Made by a program: the position numbers and the translations under genes. DNA of 64,000 nucleotides from Selaginella moellendorffii (taxonomy: Eukaryota > Plantae > Lycopodiophyta). Positions within the stretch are counted from its first letter, which is position 1; each line of letters starts with the position of its first letter. The DNA lies in assembly GCF_000143415.4 (NCBI RefSeq), contig NW_003314332.1:310001-374000 (forward strand), written 5' to 3'. The notes beneath the pieces were generated by a model that was given only the letters and a program-made list of their open reading frames with translations, ran no database searches and was not told where the DNA came from. Of this stretch, positions 12,194-23,794 are shown in pieces.

Positions 12194-13711
12194 GTGCCGC
12201 AACATCTAGTTCTTCCTTTTCTAACTTAGCCTTTGCCTCTTCCACAACATCTCTAGCAGGAGTTTCCTCCTCTCTATTCACCCGTCTAGAGGTTTCAACA
12301 TCATCAGCACGGTTCCGTTTCACCATTCCACTAGTTGCATGCATGCCTCTATCAATAATTGAACATGTATACAACATTCTTACCAAATGGTGCAATCCAA
12401 GTAATCCTACACAGGTTGCTTTGGATCTACTAAAAAAGTTTCTGCGTATGCAACTTGAGTCAGGAAATCCGACAAAAGTTGGATAGGAATTGCTGTGACA
12501 TTTCCTCTGATACCAAATATAGCACACCTAAATTTGGAGCCAAACTCCAAGCCCATTGCTCTACGAAACGAGGGTCTAGTACAATCCCACGAGCACCAGC
12601 TCCTTGTATCCAACACTTGCATGCAAAATGGTGTTAGACGAAGTCTGGCACAATTTTGGCATAAAAGTCTGACACCATTTTGGCATACCGGTGGCCTAAC
12701 GCGAGGAGGGTACCCCAGTGATTAGAGCAGTGTGGAGCTTGCACTTAGACCCAAGCTAAATGCAGAACAAGGAGCGACACAGCCTAGCGAGAGCCAAACT
12801 AATGTCTAGTTGCACATGCATTCCAACCATTATCCTTACTATATATTTGGAACCCCCCACAGCCCCCCCCCCCCTCCCCCCCCCCCCTTAGGAACACATA
12901 CTTTGGGCTTTCACAAGCCTCCCTTAGTACCAGGAGTTAGTCTCTGAGACAAGTTCGAAACTTATTAAATATGGAATGTCCCTAGATTACGAATTTGGGC
13001 ACGGGACGAACACTATTGTGTTCATGCCAATCTCTACATTCTATAGATATGCCAAATGAACAAATCCAAACACTTTCCATAAATAGCATTTAAAACTAAA
13101 ATGAGACCAACACAAAGGGCATGATAACGAGGGTGTCTGGCAGTCACGATAAGCTATCATTCAACGATATTGGGGGATTAGTCTCAATACGTGGGTTTCT
13201 TGATACTAGCAAGTGCAAGACAATGACACGAATTTCTCAAACTAGGCCGAGTATGCTCAACAAAAAACACATAGGGTTCCTACCTTATGTTTATCTAATT
13301 TAAGTATAAGGTCATTGACTAGTTTCTCAACTAGCTCAAGTGGGAACGATAAAGGGAATCAACTATACCAACCTTCTACCCTCATGGCAGTAAGGAAAGA
13401 GTGTCCATAAGGACTGACCAATAAATATCTTTCGATACCCAAAGTCACATTTGCAACAATAATATTCTATACTTTCAAGTAGTTGTGCCATATTAGGAGC
13501 TAAATCTTGCAAAAACATGTGGCATTGCTTTTGAAGCACTAAAGCCAATCCCTCTCTAGTAGCAAAATCTAGAATTTTATATATAGGAAACTCTAGTTCA
13601 ACTTTACAAAAGAAAGAAGTGGAGGTGAAAGTGGAATATTGGTAGAACTTGGGGATGGAGATAGGGATTGATATAAAATGCTTAGGAGCTAAATACAAGT
13701 ACTAATGACTT
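12194..13711 (-). mobile_element. Duplicated 5' end of Gypsy family B (leader, PBS ~12504-12515, LTR 12518-13458, plus ~250 bp of host flank)
   Basis: Colinear and highly similar to 16765-18281, including sequence beyond the LTR terminus. Confidence 0.85.
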
Positions 13712-16700
13712 AAGTACCCGGACCACAAATCAAGTCGCATAAAATACTTAGCATTTAAGAGTTAGTCAAATAAGTCATTGTAAGCTCCTGAGTTTGGACT
13801 TCCCGGGAGGTCGCCCAGCCCAGTACTATTCAAACCCAAGGACGCTTAACTCCAAATATCCCAAGACCCTTAACCATTTGGAAAAGGGGGTGCACTCTTA
13901 TTCATGGGCCCTTTCCCTCTATATTTGAACCCCATGGACCGTCTCTCAAGTTGTTCTCTTTGGTTGCTTACAATCCACCACGCTTCCCTACAAGTTCACG
14001 CCCTCGTGAACAGAAGCTGAGAGCCGCAGCTCTCCTGAGAGCCTCGCTCTCTTGACACCCTACCCCTCGGGTCGAGCCCAGTGGGAGCAAACTGGACCAG
14101 CCAGATGTCAATCAACATGTGGTGCGATTCCCTTAGCCAACCAACAGAGTCAGACCTGAGACCCGCTCCGATACCAAATGTAAGCTCCTGAGTTTGGACT
14201 TCCCGGGAGGTCGCCCAGCCCAGTACTATTCAAACCCAAGGACGCTTAACTCCAAATATCCCAAGACCCTTAACCATTTGGAAAAGGGGGTGCACTCTTA
14301 TTCATGGGCCCTTTCCCTCTATATTTGAACCCCATGGACCGTCTCTCAAGTCGTTCTCTTTGGTTGCTTACAATCCACCACGCTTCCCTACAAGTTCACG
14401 CCCTCGTGAACAGAAGCTGAGAGCCGCAGCTCTCCTGAGAGCCTCGCTCTCTTGACACCCTACCCCTCGGGTCGAGCCCAGTGGGAGCAAACTGGACCAG
14501 CCAGATGTCAATCAACATGTGGTGCGATTCCCTTAGCCAACCAACAGAGTCAGACCTGAGACCCGCTCCGATACCAAATGTAAGCTCCTGAGTTTGGACT
14601 TCCCGGGAGGTCGCCCAGCCCAGTACTATTCAAACCCAAGGACGCTTAACTCCAAATATCCCAAGACCCTTAACCGTTTGGAAAAGGGGGTGCACTCTTA
14701 TTCATGGGCCCTTTCCCTCTATATTTGAACCCCATGGACCGTCTCTCAAGTCGTTCTCTTTGGTTGCTTACAGTCATCAATGTGAGGCAAAGGATAACTG
14801 TTTTTAACTGTGATCTTGTTGAGTGCCCGATAGTCAATACACATCCTCATGGTTCCATCCTTTTTCATAACAAAAAGGACCGGCACTTCATAAGGTGACT
14901 TGCTTGGTCGGATATAACCTTTGTCAAGAAGCTCTGTGAGTTGCTTTTTGAGTTCAACCATCTCCTTGATGCTCAATCAATATGGAGCTTTTGTAGGTGG
15001 TTTAGAACACAGAATAACCTCAATCCGATGATCAACCTCACAGCTCGGAGGTAGCCTTGGCAACAAATCCTTCGGGAAGATATCCTGATTCCGCTCCAAC
15101 AACTCCAATATCTTCTTTGGTATAGGATCAACCCCGTCACTGATCCGAATTGAGTCACCCACACACTCAGCTTCCATCACTTGAACCCAAAAGGTCCAAC
15201 ATCCCTTCTTAGCTGCTTTTTGAGCGGCTCTTGCAATCAGGAACTTAGCATCCCAATCCTTTGAGGAGCACTTTTGCAACTGGAAGAACACATCAGGACA
15301 TCCTTCTAACTTCAATGTGATGCAACTTTGTCCAGCACCATAAATCCCTTTTATATATTTGTTGAAGAAATCCATACCAAACATCATCTGAAAATCTGGT
15401 ATCTTCAACACTACCATGTCCACTCTTTCTTTCCACTTGGATATTTTTATTGGAACATCACTCACAAACTTTCTGGTTACTTGCCCACCTTTTGCAAACT
15501 AGAAGTGCACAGGCGACATTTGCTCAGCATTCAATCCTAACAACTTAACTAAGTCTTTGGATATCACACTATGCGTAGCTCTCCTGTCAATTATCACTCG
15601 GATTTGGTGTCTGTAGACAAAGCCTACCAAGTACATCAATAGATTAGTGTTTGCATTGACTGCCAGAAAAGCTTGAGGAAAGCAACGAAAGTAACTCACC
15701 TCCTTTTCCTCATAGTCTGCATTGACCAACTCGTCAACCCTTCAGCTTCACCACCATTGTCTTCCCTCATGACATTAACACGAGACATTGTCTTATGCTT
15801 GTTGGGACATTCCGAGGATCTATGTCCTGACTCTCCACAATGGAAGCAATAACCCACACTATCTGTTCCGCTAGGAGCAAGTTTTGCAAGTTGCTACTGT
15901 TTGTACCCACCAGAAGGAGGAATAAAGGGTCTAGGGCTAGAAGAAGCTACTGGTGGTCTTGAACCACCACCACCACCTTTGTTAACCGTTGCTTATGAGC
16001 CCCCGGGGCAAAACCTACCTTCCACCCTCTGTTTTCGATCACTTTGTTTATTCCCAGAATTCTTATTTTTGTCCGAGGTACTAGCATACGGCTGCTGATA
16101 TTGTTCTATGAGTGAATGGCTAAAGGCAACTTGTTGTGCTGCCTCCTTACACTCTAGGTACATCTTTGGCTTAAATTTCAAAATCTCATTGTGAGAAAGT
16201 GAACTTAAACCCTTTAGGAAATAACTCTGAGCATCTTCGTCACTCATATTTGCAACCATAATGTGCTTCTGAGAAAATGCATTAACGTAATGCATGAGAT
16301 CCCCTCACTACTTTAACCGCCGCAGCTCTGCGTGAAGTCTCAGACCAAGATCATCCGGCAAGTATTCCTTATGGATATAAGACCGCATCTTGGTCTGCCC
16401 TTTTTCAGCACATACCTGGCACCACCAAGTTTTGGCATGATCGGTGAGAAAAGATTGCACACACGCAACTTTCGTATGATCATCTACGTCTACCGCTATG
16501 AAATAATTTTCCATATCGTAGACCTAGTCTGATAGTCCCGCATGCTAAAATTGGATGGTTTTAGAGGCTTGAACTTTGAAACTCATGCAACCGGGGGCAA
16601 TTGTAGAACTTCATCATCCTCAAAACTTGAAGAAGAGTCCGGTTGCTTAGGCTTAGCTAGTCTAGCTGCCTCAGCTTCTTTCTTCCTCTTCTTGTTCTCC

Positions 16701-18028
16701 TTCTTCAATTTGTGAATCTCCTTTTGCAAATTCTTGATCTCGACTTCTTGAGCCGTACGCTGCAGTGCCGCAGCATCTGGCTCTTCCTCTTCTAACTCAG
16801 CCTTTGCCTCTTCCATAGCATCTCTAGCAAGAGTTTCCTCCTCTCAATTCGCCTGTCTAGAGGTTTCAACATCATCAGCACGGTTCCGTTTCACCATTCC
16901 GCTAGCTGCATGCATGCCTCTATCAATAATTGAACATTCATACAACATTCTTACCGAATGGTGCAATCCAACTAATTTTACATAGGTTGCTTTGGATCTA
17001 CTAAAAAAGTCTCTGCGTATGCAACTTGAGTCAGGAAATCTGACAAAAGTTGGATAGGAATCGTTGTGACATTTCCTCTTATACCAAATGTAGCACACCT
17101 AAATTTGGAGCCAAACTCCAAGCCCATTGCTCTACGAAACGAGGGTTTGGTACAATCCCATGAGCACCAGCTCCCTATATCCAACACTTGCATGCAAAAT
17201 GGTGTTAGACGAAGTCTGGCACAATTTTGGCATAGAATTCTAACACCATTTTGGCATACCGGTGGCCTAACACGAGAAGGGTACCCCAGCAACTAGAGCA
17301 GCATGGAGCTTGTGTTTAGACCCAAGCTGAACGCAGAACAAGGAGCAACACAGCCCAGCAGGAGCCAAACTAATATCTAGTCGCACATGCATTCCAACCA
17401 TTATCCTTACTATATACTTGGAACCCCCCACATCACCCCCTCCCCCCCCTCACCCCCTTGAGGAACACATACTTTGGGCTTTCACAAGCCTCCCTTAGTA
17501 CTAGGAGTTAGTCTCTAAGACAAGTTCGAAACTTATTAAATATGGAATGTCCCTAGATTACGAATTTGGACACGGGACGAACACTATTGTGTTCATGCCA
17601 ATCTCTACATTCTATAGATATGCCAAATGAACAAATCCAAACACTTTCCATAAATAGCATTTAAAACTAAAATGAGACCAACACAAAGGGCATGATAACG
17701 AGGGTGTTTGGCAGTCACGATAAGCTATCATTCAACGATATTGGGGATTAGTCTCAATACGTGGGTTTCTTGATACTAGCAAGTGCAAGACAATGACACG
17801 AATTTCTCAAACTAGGCCGAGTATGCTCAACAAAAAACACATAGGGTTCTTACCTTATGTTTATCTAATTTAAGTATAAGGTCATTGACTAGTTTCTCAA
17901 CTAGCTCAAGTGAGAATGATAAAGGGAATCAACTGTACCAACCTTCTACCCTCATGGCAATAAGGAAAGAGTGTCTGTAAGGACTGACCAACAAATATCT
18001 TTCGATACCCAAAGTCACATTTGCGACA
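13711..18028 (-). mobile_element. Degenerate, 3'-truncated Ty3/Gypsy element B (LTR 17089-18028, PBS ~17075-17086, broken gag/PR/RT), interrupted by the TRIM array
   Basis: Gag fragments (LTDHAKTWW; C-x2-C-GESGH..C near 15810-15850), protease-like [17 protein letters not shown] continuing as LFD*LLNAKYFMRLDLWSGY on the other side of the TRIM. LTR termini TGTCGC...GCTACA. Confidence 0.85.
13779..14772 (-). mobile_element. Cassandra-type TRIM tandem array: LTRs 13779-13972, 14179-14372 and 14579-14772 with two 206-bp internal domains
   Basis: Exact 400-bp period; TGTAAGC/GCTTACA ends; PBS TGGTATCGGAGC at 14165-14176 and 14565-14576; PPT-like TAGGGAAGCGTGGTGGAT; TSD GTCAT at 13774-13778 and 14773-14777; a 5S-derived segment in each LTR (e.g. 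13796-13850). Confidence 0.95.
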
Positions 18029-18357
18029 ATAATATTCTATACTTTCAAGTAGTTGTGCCATATTAAGAGCTAAATCTTGCAAAAACATGTGGCATTGCTT
18101 TTGAAGCACTAAAGCCAATCCCTCTCTAGTAGCAAAATCTAGAATTTTATATATAGGAAACTCTAGTTCAACTTTACAAAAGAAAGAAGTGGAGGTGAAA
18201 GTGGAATATTGGTAGAACTTGGGGATGGAGATAGGGATTGATATAAAATGCTTAGGAGCTAAATACAAGTACTAATGACTTTCTATATAATTATTTATTT
18301 TCTTCTTTAGTGCCATTACATGATTAATTTCTCTCTCTTTTGACTGGTGACTAATTA

Positions 18358-18690
18358 AGTATTTCTCAAAAGGGCAAGGGACTAAGGAAAAAAGGACAAA
18401 AGGTATCTTATAATATTGGCTAAAGTGTAAGGTGATATAAAGTTTAACTTATGAGAAAATTATGAAACTTAGAATACATGTCCTCACATACCAGCCTTTA
18501 ATTTGGAAAAAAAAAAAAGCCATTTTTGGTGTTGTGTATTATCCCATTAAATATGTATTATACCAGAGACCATCTAAAACTCAAATGCATAGATTAAGAG
18601 CTTTGGCACAATTGCTACAACTTGTTGATGGTGGTGTGTTTTTTATTAATGTTGCTCAACATGTTTATGAAGCACGCAAACAATAAAGCA
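18358..18690 (+). repeat. Left arm of a ~330-bp imperfect inverted repeat flanking the Fic gene pair
   Basis: Reverse complement of ~23795-24118 (aatattggctaaagtgta..gtgatataaagtttaactt; gagaccatctaaaactcaaatgcatag; agagctttggcacaattg..ttgttgatggtggtgtgtttttt). Partial copies at ~18691-18745 and ~23025-23185. Confidence 0.75.
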
Positions 18691-18894
18691 GTTGTGCAAG
18701 CTCTAAATCTTAATTTGCCTATGTGTTTGAATTCAAAATGGTCACTGTACTTTTGTACCACTGTCACATGCCCAAAAAAGGCTTATAAATATAAAAGGAA
18801 TAGCAACATGGATAAATTCATAACAAAAGGTAGTGCGTTCTATAAAATAGAAAAGTGTTGCACCTATTTCAAACCTTAGGGCAGAGCACAAGAG

Positions 18895-19866
18895 ATGGCG
18901 ATTGAGCATCCGGCGTGGCGGAAGAGGGTGCGGCGCAGCACGACCTGGCTGGTAAGAGCCATCGCGAGCTTCCTTGGCGAGTTCTACAAATCATCGACAC
19001 AGATCAACGAGGCAGCGGCGGCCCTCTGCCGGAAGCAAATGCTAGTGGATTTCGTGTACCAAGTCAACACCATCAACGGCGAAGGCTACGATTCCATCCC
19101 TCAGACGCGGGCCGTCATTGATGCAGTTACTCGAGGAGACGCGCAGCAGCAACACGAGGAGGATTTCATTGTCACCGTCAACCTGCACGACGCCTATCGC
19201 CTGGTGGAGCAAGCTGCTGGCGAGTCCCGGCAGCCAGTTTTGACGATATCGGCCATCCAGAGGCTCCACAAGGTCCTCTTCCAGAACCGCGATGGATGGG
19301 AGGCGGAGGCGGGCAGATTCAGGGACCGCGACGTCTGGGTTCGCCTCAAGGACGGCTCCTTTCACCAGTTCGTGGAGCACTCCCAGGTACCTCACAGGTT
19401 GCAGCAGCTCCTGGGCGACACCAACACCAAGCTGGACGACGTCTTCTGCACCGAGCAAGAAGATCTTGCAACCTTTACTGCTAAGCTCTTGCACCTGGCA
19501 GTCGATTTCTTCCTCAACTTCGAGCTTATTCATCCGTTTCGAGACGGAAACGGACGGGTCGGAAGGCTCCTGCTCACCTATCTCCTCTCCAGCATCACAC
19601 CTCAGCTGGCCCCCAACAATGCGTACCTGGTGGACAGTGAAGACATTGTTGACTATGGCTTGTACCGCAGCTGCTTTCAGGAGGAGGGGCAGCACGCATC
19701 GTCTTCAGAGACCCGAGATCCCGGCCGACTCATTGCCATCTACACCGAAGGCCTCTATGTCGGCTGGAAGAAGTTTTTCGTGGCGGCGGGGATGGAAGCT
19801 CCACAAACGTGTAGGATTGATGATGATCCAGCTCACCTGGAAGACAACACTCTCAGTGAAGGCTAA
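18895..19866 (+). CDS. Fic (Fido) domain protein, putative AMP transferase, 323 aa, intronless
   Basis: Canonical HPFRDGNGRVGR motif, upstream LTISAIQRLHKVL and AGRFRDRDVWV flap elements; GC-rich coding-like ORF. Confidence 0.9.
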   Translation: MAIEHPAWRKRVRRSTTWLVRAIASFLGEFYKSSTQINEAAAALCRKQMLVDFVYQVNTINGEGYDSIPQTRAVIDAVTRGDAQQQHEEDFIVTVNLHDAYRLVEQAAGESRQPVLTISAIQRLHKVLFQNRDGWEAEAGRFRDRDVWVRLKDGSFHQFVEHSQVPHRLQQLLGDTNTKLDDVFCTEQEDLATFTAKLLHLAVDFFLNFELIHPFRDGNGRVGRLLLTYLLSSITPQLAPNNAYLVDSEDIVDYGLYRSCFQEEGQHASSSETRDPGRLIAIYTEGLYVGWKKFFVAAGMEAPQTCRIDDDPAHLEDNTLSEG

Positions 19867-20885
19867 AGCCGCAGAGACTTACCTTGGCATAGAGAACGAA
19901 AAAAGTTAAGCAACAGGAGATGGATCTCCAGTGGCGTGACGCCCTTGAGTGGCTTATCCACAACAGTGAGGATGTTCGCGCCATGTACCTTTGGAGAGCG
20001 TAGACGTCCACTGAGACAAGCATCGATCATAAGCTAGCAGCCACACAAGATGAACAATATCTTGGCGACGCGAGCAGTAACGTATTGGATTCTATAAAGA
20101 AGAAGAGAGAACCTGTCATTGGAAAGAATCTATAGGTTGAAAGCTTATCAACGCACCAGAAAAACAACAATCTCCAAAAAGTGGAGTTCGATAGCCATCT
20201 CAATGCCTGGCGGAAGCTAAAGCAAACAAAGAAAGGAAAAAAAAACATACGAAAAAGCTATGAGAAGCTTGAAGAGAAGAAATGAGAGATCGCAGCCCCG
20301 ACCTTTGCGGGAAGAGCGCTGGAGCTTCGCCCCATCTGCGAGCTCCACCCGGACGGCCATATTCGCCAGTGCCTCGAGCTCCAATCCGCGAGGAATATTT
20401 CCGGACCTAGCGAATGCGGCCGGATTCGCGATGTCGCGGCTGGCGCGATCGATCGCCGCGGCTGCATTTCCCGCGCTTCTCCCTAGAGCTAGAGAATATT
20501 CTGGAAGGAAGAGGGTATAAAATGGCGGGGCTTGTAGTATTCTTCTTTTGTGCTAGTAGTGATGGCGCTAGCGTTTCGGGTCCCGCTTCGTCCGGCTTGG
20601 CGCTGGAGCGATCTCACCACTGACGCCATGGCTGATGCTATATCGACGAAGATCGCGCAGCCGCTGCCGCCGGAGCAAGATCGTGCGATGCTCGCGCTGT
20701 TCGTGATAGGTAGGGTGTAGAGGCGCTGCTGCTGCGACGGGCGATTCACGACGCATGGACAAGGAAAGACGGGGCAGCGCTGCTCCAGAGAAGTCTAGTG
20801 ATCTAAGCGGGTGTGGGAGATGAATGCAGGTAAAAAGCTAGCTAGGAAAAGATTAAAGGCCTTTTAACATTGGTCTTATGTAGGA

Positions 20886-21683
20886 ATGGAGTCTGTAGCC
20901 GAGACGGCGGTGGCGATTGGAGCAAGCGACGGCGATGGAGGCTTTTACGTGGACGAGGACAAGAAGCGGCGGCTTGTGAGCTTTTGCAACGGGCTGGAAG
21001 ATATTAAGGATTGGATCTCGAAAGATAAGGAGCTGAGCAGCCGAGTGCCCGTGCCCCACCTCTCCATCTGGAGGATCAAGAAGCTCCACACGGTGGTTGT
21101 CGCGAGTCCGACAGAGGAGGATGTGCGGATAGGTGACTATCGGATCCAGCGAGCTTGGATAAAGCAGCTGGATGGCACATTGTCGAGCGAGAGAGTGGCA
21201 CCGGAGATGATCAGGGAGGAGATGGAGCTGCTAGTGGCCGCCACCAACAGCGAGCTGGAGAACGTGTACTACGCGAGGGAGATGGGAAGTGCTGCATTCG
21301 TGGTGGACGTGGCCAAATTGGCAGCGGGCTTCTTCTTGGAGTTCCAGGCGATCCATCCCTTCGGTGATGGGAATGGACGGCTTGGACGACTGCTGCTCAC
21401 GTACCTGGTCTCGGGAGTCACTGGCCTCCACTTCCCCCTTACGCTGCTGCTGGATGTTGGCCCGACAGAGCGGCACTTGGGCGAGGCGAGTTTGATCGGT
21501 AGGGAGGAGTGGCGGTCCTTACTCACGCGGGCCTCGGCGAATGCGGAGGATTTGAGGAGTGTTCCGCCGGCGAGACATGGACAGTATCTCTCTGTTCTCA
21601 CGCGCGCAGGAGCCACGGGAAGTCCGGGAGAGCTCGCAGCTCTCATTGTGGAGGGCATCTTCGTTGCTCTTTGCCGCTTGTAG
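20886..21683 (+). CDS. Second Fic domain protein, 265 aa; possibly the 3' exon of a gene with a decayed 5' exon
   Basis: HPFGDGNGRLGR motif, LSIWRIKKLHTVV, IGDYRIQRAWI. A candidate 54-nt GT-AG intron lies at 20830-20883. Confidence 0.85.
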   Translation: MESVAETAVAIGASDGDGGFYVDEDKKRRLVSFCNGLEDIKDWISKDKELSSRVPVPHLSIWRIKKLHTVVVASPTEEDVRIGDYRIQRAWIKQLDGTLSSERVAPEMIREEMELLVAATNSELENVYYAREMGSAAFVVDVAKLAAGFFLEFQAIHPFGDGNGRLGRLLLTYLVSGVTGLHFPLTLLLDVGPTERHLGEASLIGREEWRSLLTRASANAEDLRSVPPARHGQYLSVLTRAGATGSPGELAALIVEGIFVALCRL

Positions 21684-21728
21684 ATAGATGCCAAACTCTT
21701 TTGGAATTACGAGACGAACGTTTGTAGC

Positions 21729-21870
21729 CATCTCTCTCGCTCTCTCTCTCTCTCCCTGAGATCCTGGGATCAGCAGGGAATGACGAGGAGCCTCTCTCTC
21801 TCTCTCTCTCTCCCTCAGATCCTGGGATCAGCACGGAATGACGAGGAGCCTCTCTCTCTTTCTCTCTCGC
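21729..21870. repeat. ~57-bp direct repeat x2.5 containing (CT)n
   Basis: ctctctctctccctgagatcctgggatcagcagggaatgacgaggagc repeated. Confidence 0.8.
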
Positions 21871-22235
21871 AAATTTACGTGGCCGAGATCCAGGAGTCCT
21901 GCAATGCCAGGGCTAAGATTCCTTGAAAACCCAAAGCAACTGCCACGTCACGGAGTAATCAAAGCCCCGCGGCAATCACTTTTGAATTCCAGTTCCAGGC
22001 CGGGTGAGGGCTCGTCGAATACCGCTGTTGCTCCATCACCAGAATCACCAGTAGCACAAGAGTCCTCTCCAGCATCCACAAGATGCACACAACTCGTTCT
22101 CTGTGTGTCTACTACAAACAAAGCTAAGCTCTCCTAGATATGAAACCGCTGTAACTCTCCCAAGTTGAGAGACTGAAGAACAGTTGCATCGCAGTGTGGC
22201 ACTGTGCTTGGTCATCTGACCCATGGCTGGAGCTT

Positions 22236-22553
22236 TTATCTACGTACTTGATGAAGATGACGCACTAGAGATATAATGATCATGACAAAGATCACACCAC
22301 TTTGTGAGGAAATGCCCTGTATAAAGAAACGTGAAGAAACGAAATGTAAATCTATGTGAGTCCATTGATCGTCAAAGCCTGGAGGTTGTTCCATGTAAAT
22401 CAGTTCAATTTGCTCTTGACATCCATGGCATGAACCTCTAGGTCCCAAGCATAGGCAATAAAAAGTATTACACGCAAGGAAGCAGTTTAGCCGCACAAGA
22501 GAAAAAAAACTCCAACTCCCTTTTTCTGGCAGAAAGCTCCATCGACCAAGCAA
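22236..22553 (-). pseudogene. Ty1/Copia RT relic
   Basis: Only the ELIYMEQPPGF motif is recognisable; the surrounding sequence is decayed. Confidence 0.4.
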
Positions 22554-23794
22554 GCTTTAAATCTAAAGATGGACCCATCAGTGTTGATTTACTAGAACCA
22601 CATTACAGGGATTTGAACTTATCAACCATTGCTGTTGTCCACTGCTCTGAATCAGGTTTCTCTAGAGCTTCCTGTAATGTGGACGAGTCATCTAGCAATG
22701 TAGCATTGTTAGCTTGGTATTGTAAGTGGTATCTTTCATTTGGTTTCCAACAACAGAGATGGCTAATGCTTGAACTAACTCAAAAGGTGTGGGACCTCCA
22801 ACAAAGTGTGAATTGCACTCTCATCATAGTGTGTGCTGCTTCCATGACTGTGCACATCTTATGCTCTACAACGCCATTTTGCAAAACTATTCACTATAGA
22901 AATTTGGATGAACTGATTGTTGCTATTCCTTGTTTACTTATAAGCCCTTTTTTGGGCATGTGACAGTTGGTACAAAAATGAAAGCAAACTATATAACTTA
23001 CCTCAGTAATGATTATTTCGATGTTAGATGCATAGGCAAATTAAGATTTAGAGCTTTGGCACAACTGCTAGAACTTGTTAATGGGAGTGCAGTTTTGTTT
23101 AGTGTTGCTGAACATGCTTATAAAGCATATAAAAAATAAAAAGATCAAAATTCTAAAGATTATCCTTTAAAAGGGTTGACAATTAGGAAATATGTGTCCC
23201 AATAAAAAGAGATTTGATAATCTTATACAAAAAGTCAAAGTTGAATACCAAATATATTATGTTGATTTGAAGTTAAACTTGGTTGAGAAAGTCATGAAAC
23301 GTGGATGATATACCATTAAAATTTGTTGTTATACAAATTTTTAGCTTCAAATATAGAAACTACTCTTGGTGTTAAATAATTTACTAAAGTAATTATATTA
23401 GTGTTGTGAATAGGGTATTGAAAGTTATTTATTAGAGAGTCTTTTTGGATATATATATTTTTTTATTGCTATGGCTCGTTCCTTTTATTAATCTCTACCT
23501 AAGCTAGTTAAGAAACCAATGCTTATAACATTGAAATTGTAACATGGATATATGCCTAAAATAGATATAGTTTCTAAAACGTTCCAATTAAAGTAGGGTT
23601 TTAAAGATTTCATACTTAAAGTGTTAAACACAAATTCATCTATTGCTTTAATATTTTATTATTAATTTTATCCTTTTTCTTTTCTTTTAATGACAAGTTA
23701 ATATTCCACAATAACTTCTTACATGGGAGGAATATTTTTTTAGTTCTCAACCCTTTTTGAGGAGAGTGATTATGTTCTTTAGGATTTTAATATC

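Noticed and set aside
13796-13850. 5S rRNA gene array (also 8751-8805, 14196-14250, 14596-14650)
   Set aside because: Only ~55 nt of the ~120-nt 5S sequence is present, and it lies inside TG..CA LTRs with PBS, PPT and TSD. This is a TRIM, not rDNA.
12518-18028. Intact two-LTR retrotransposon
   Set aside because: Both LTRs are 5' LTRs with a PBS and the same outer flank, so this is a duplication
19042-19909. Overlapping 217-aa antisense and 205-aa alternate-frame ORFs
   Set aside because: Shadows of the GC-rich Fic coding sequence with no motifs
18895-21683. Bacterial contamination as the source of the Fic genes
   Set aside because: Contiguous with plant TE sequence, no operon-like context, (CT)n downstream and a probable spliceosomal intron. 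Not fully excluded without read data.
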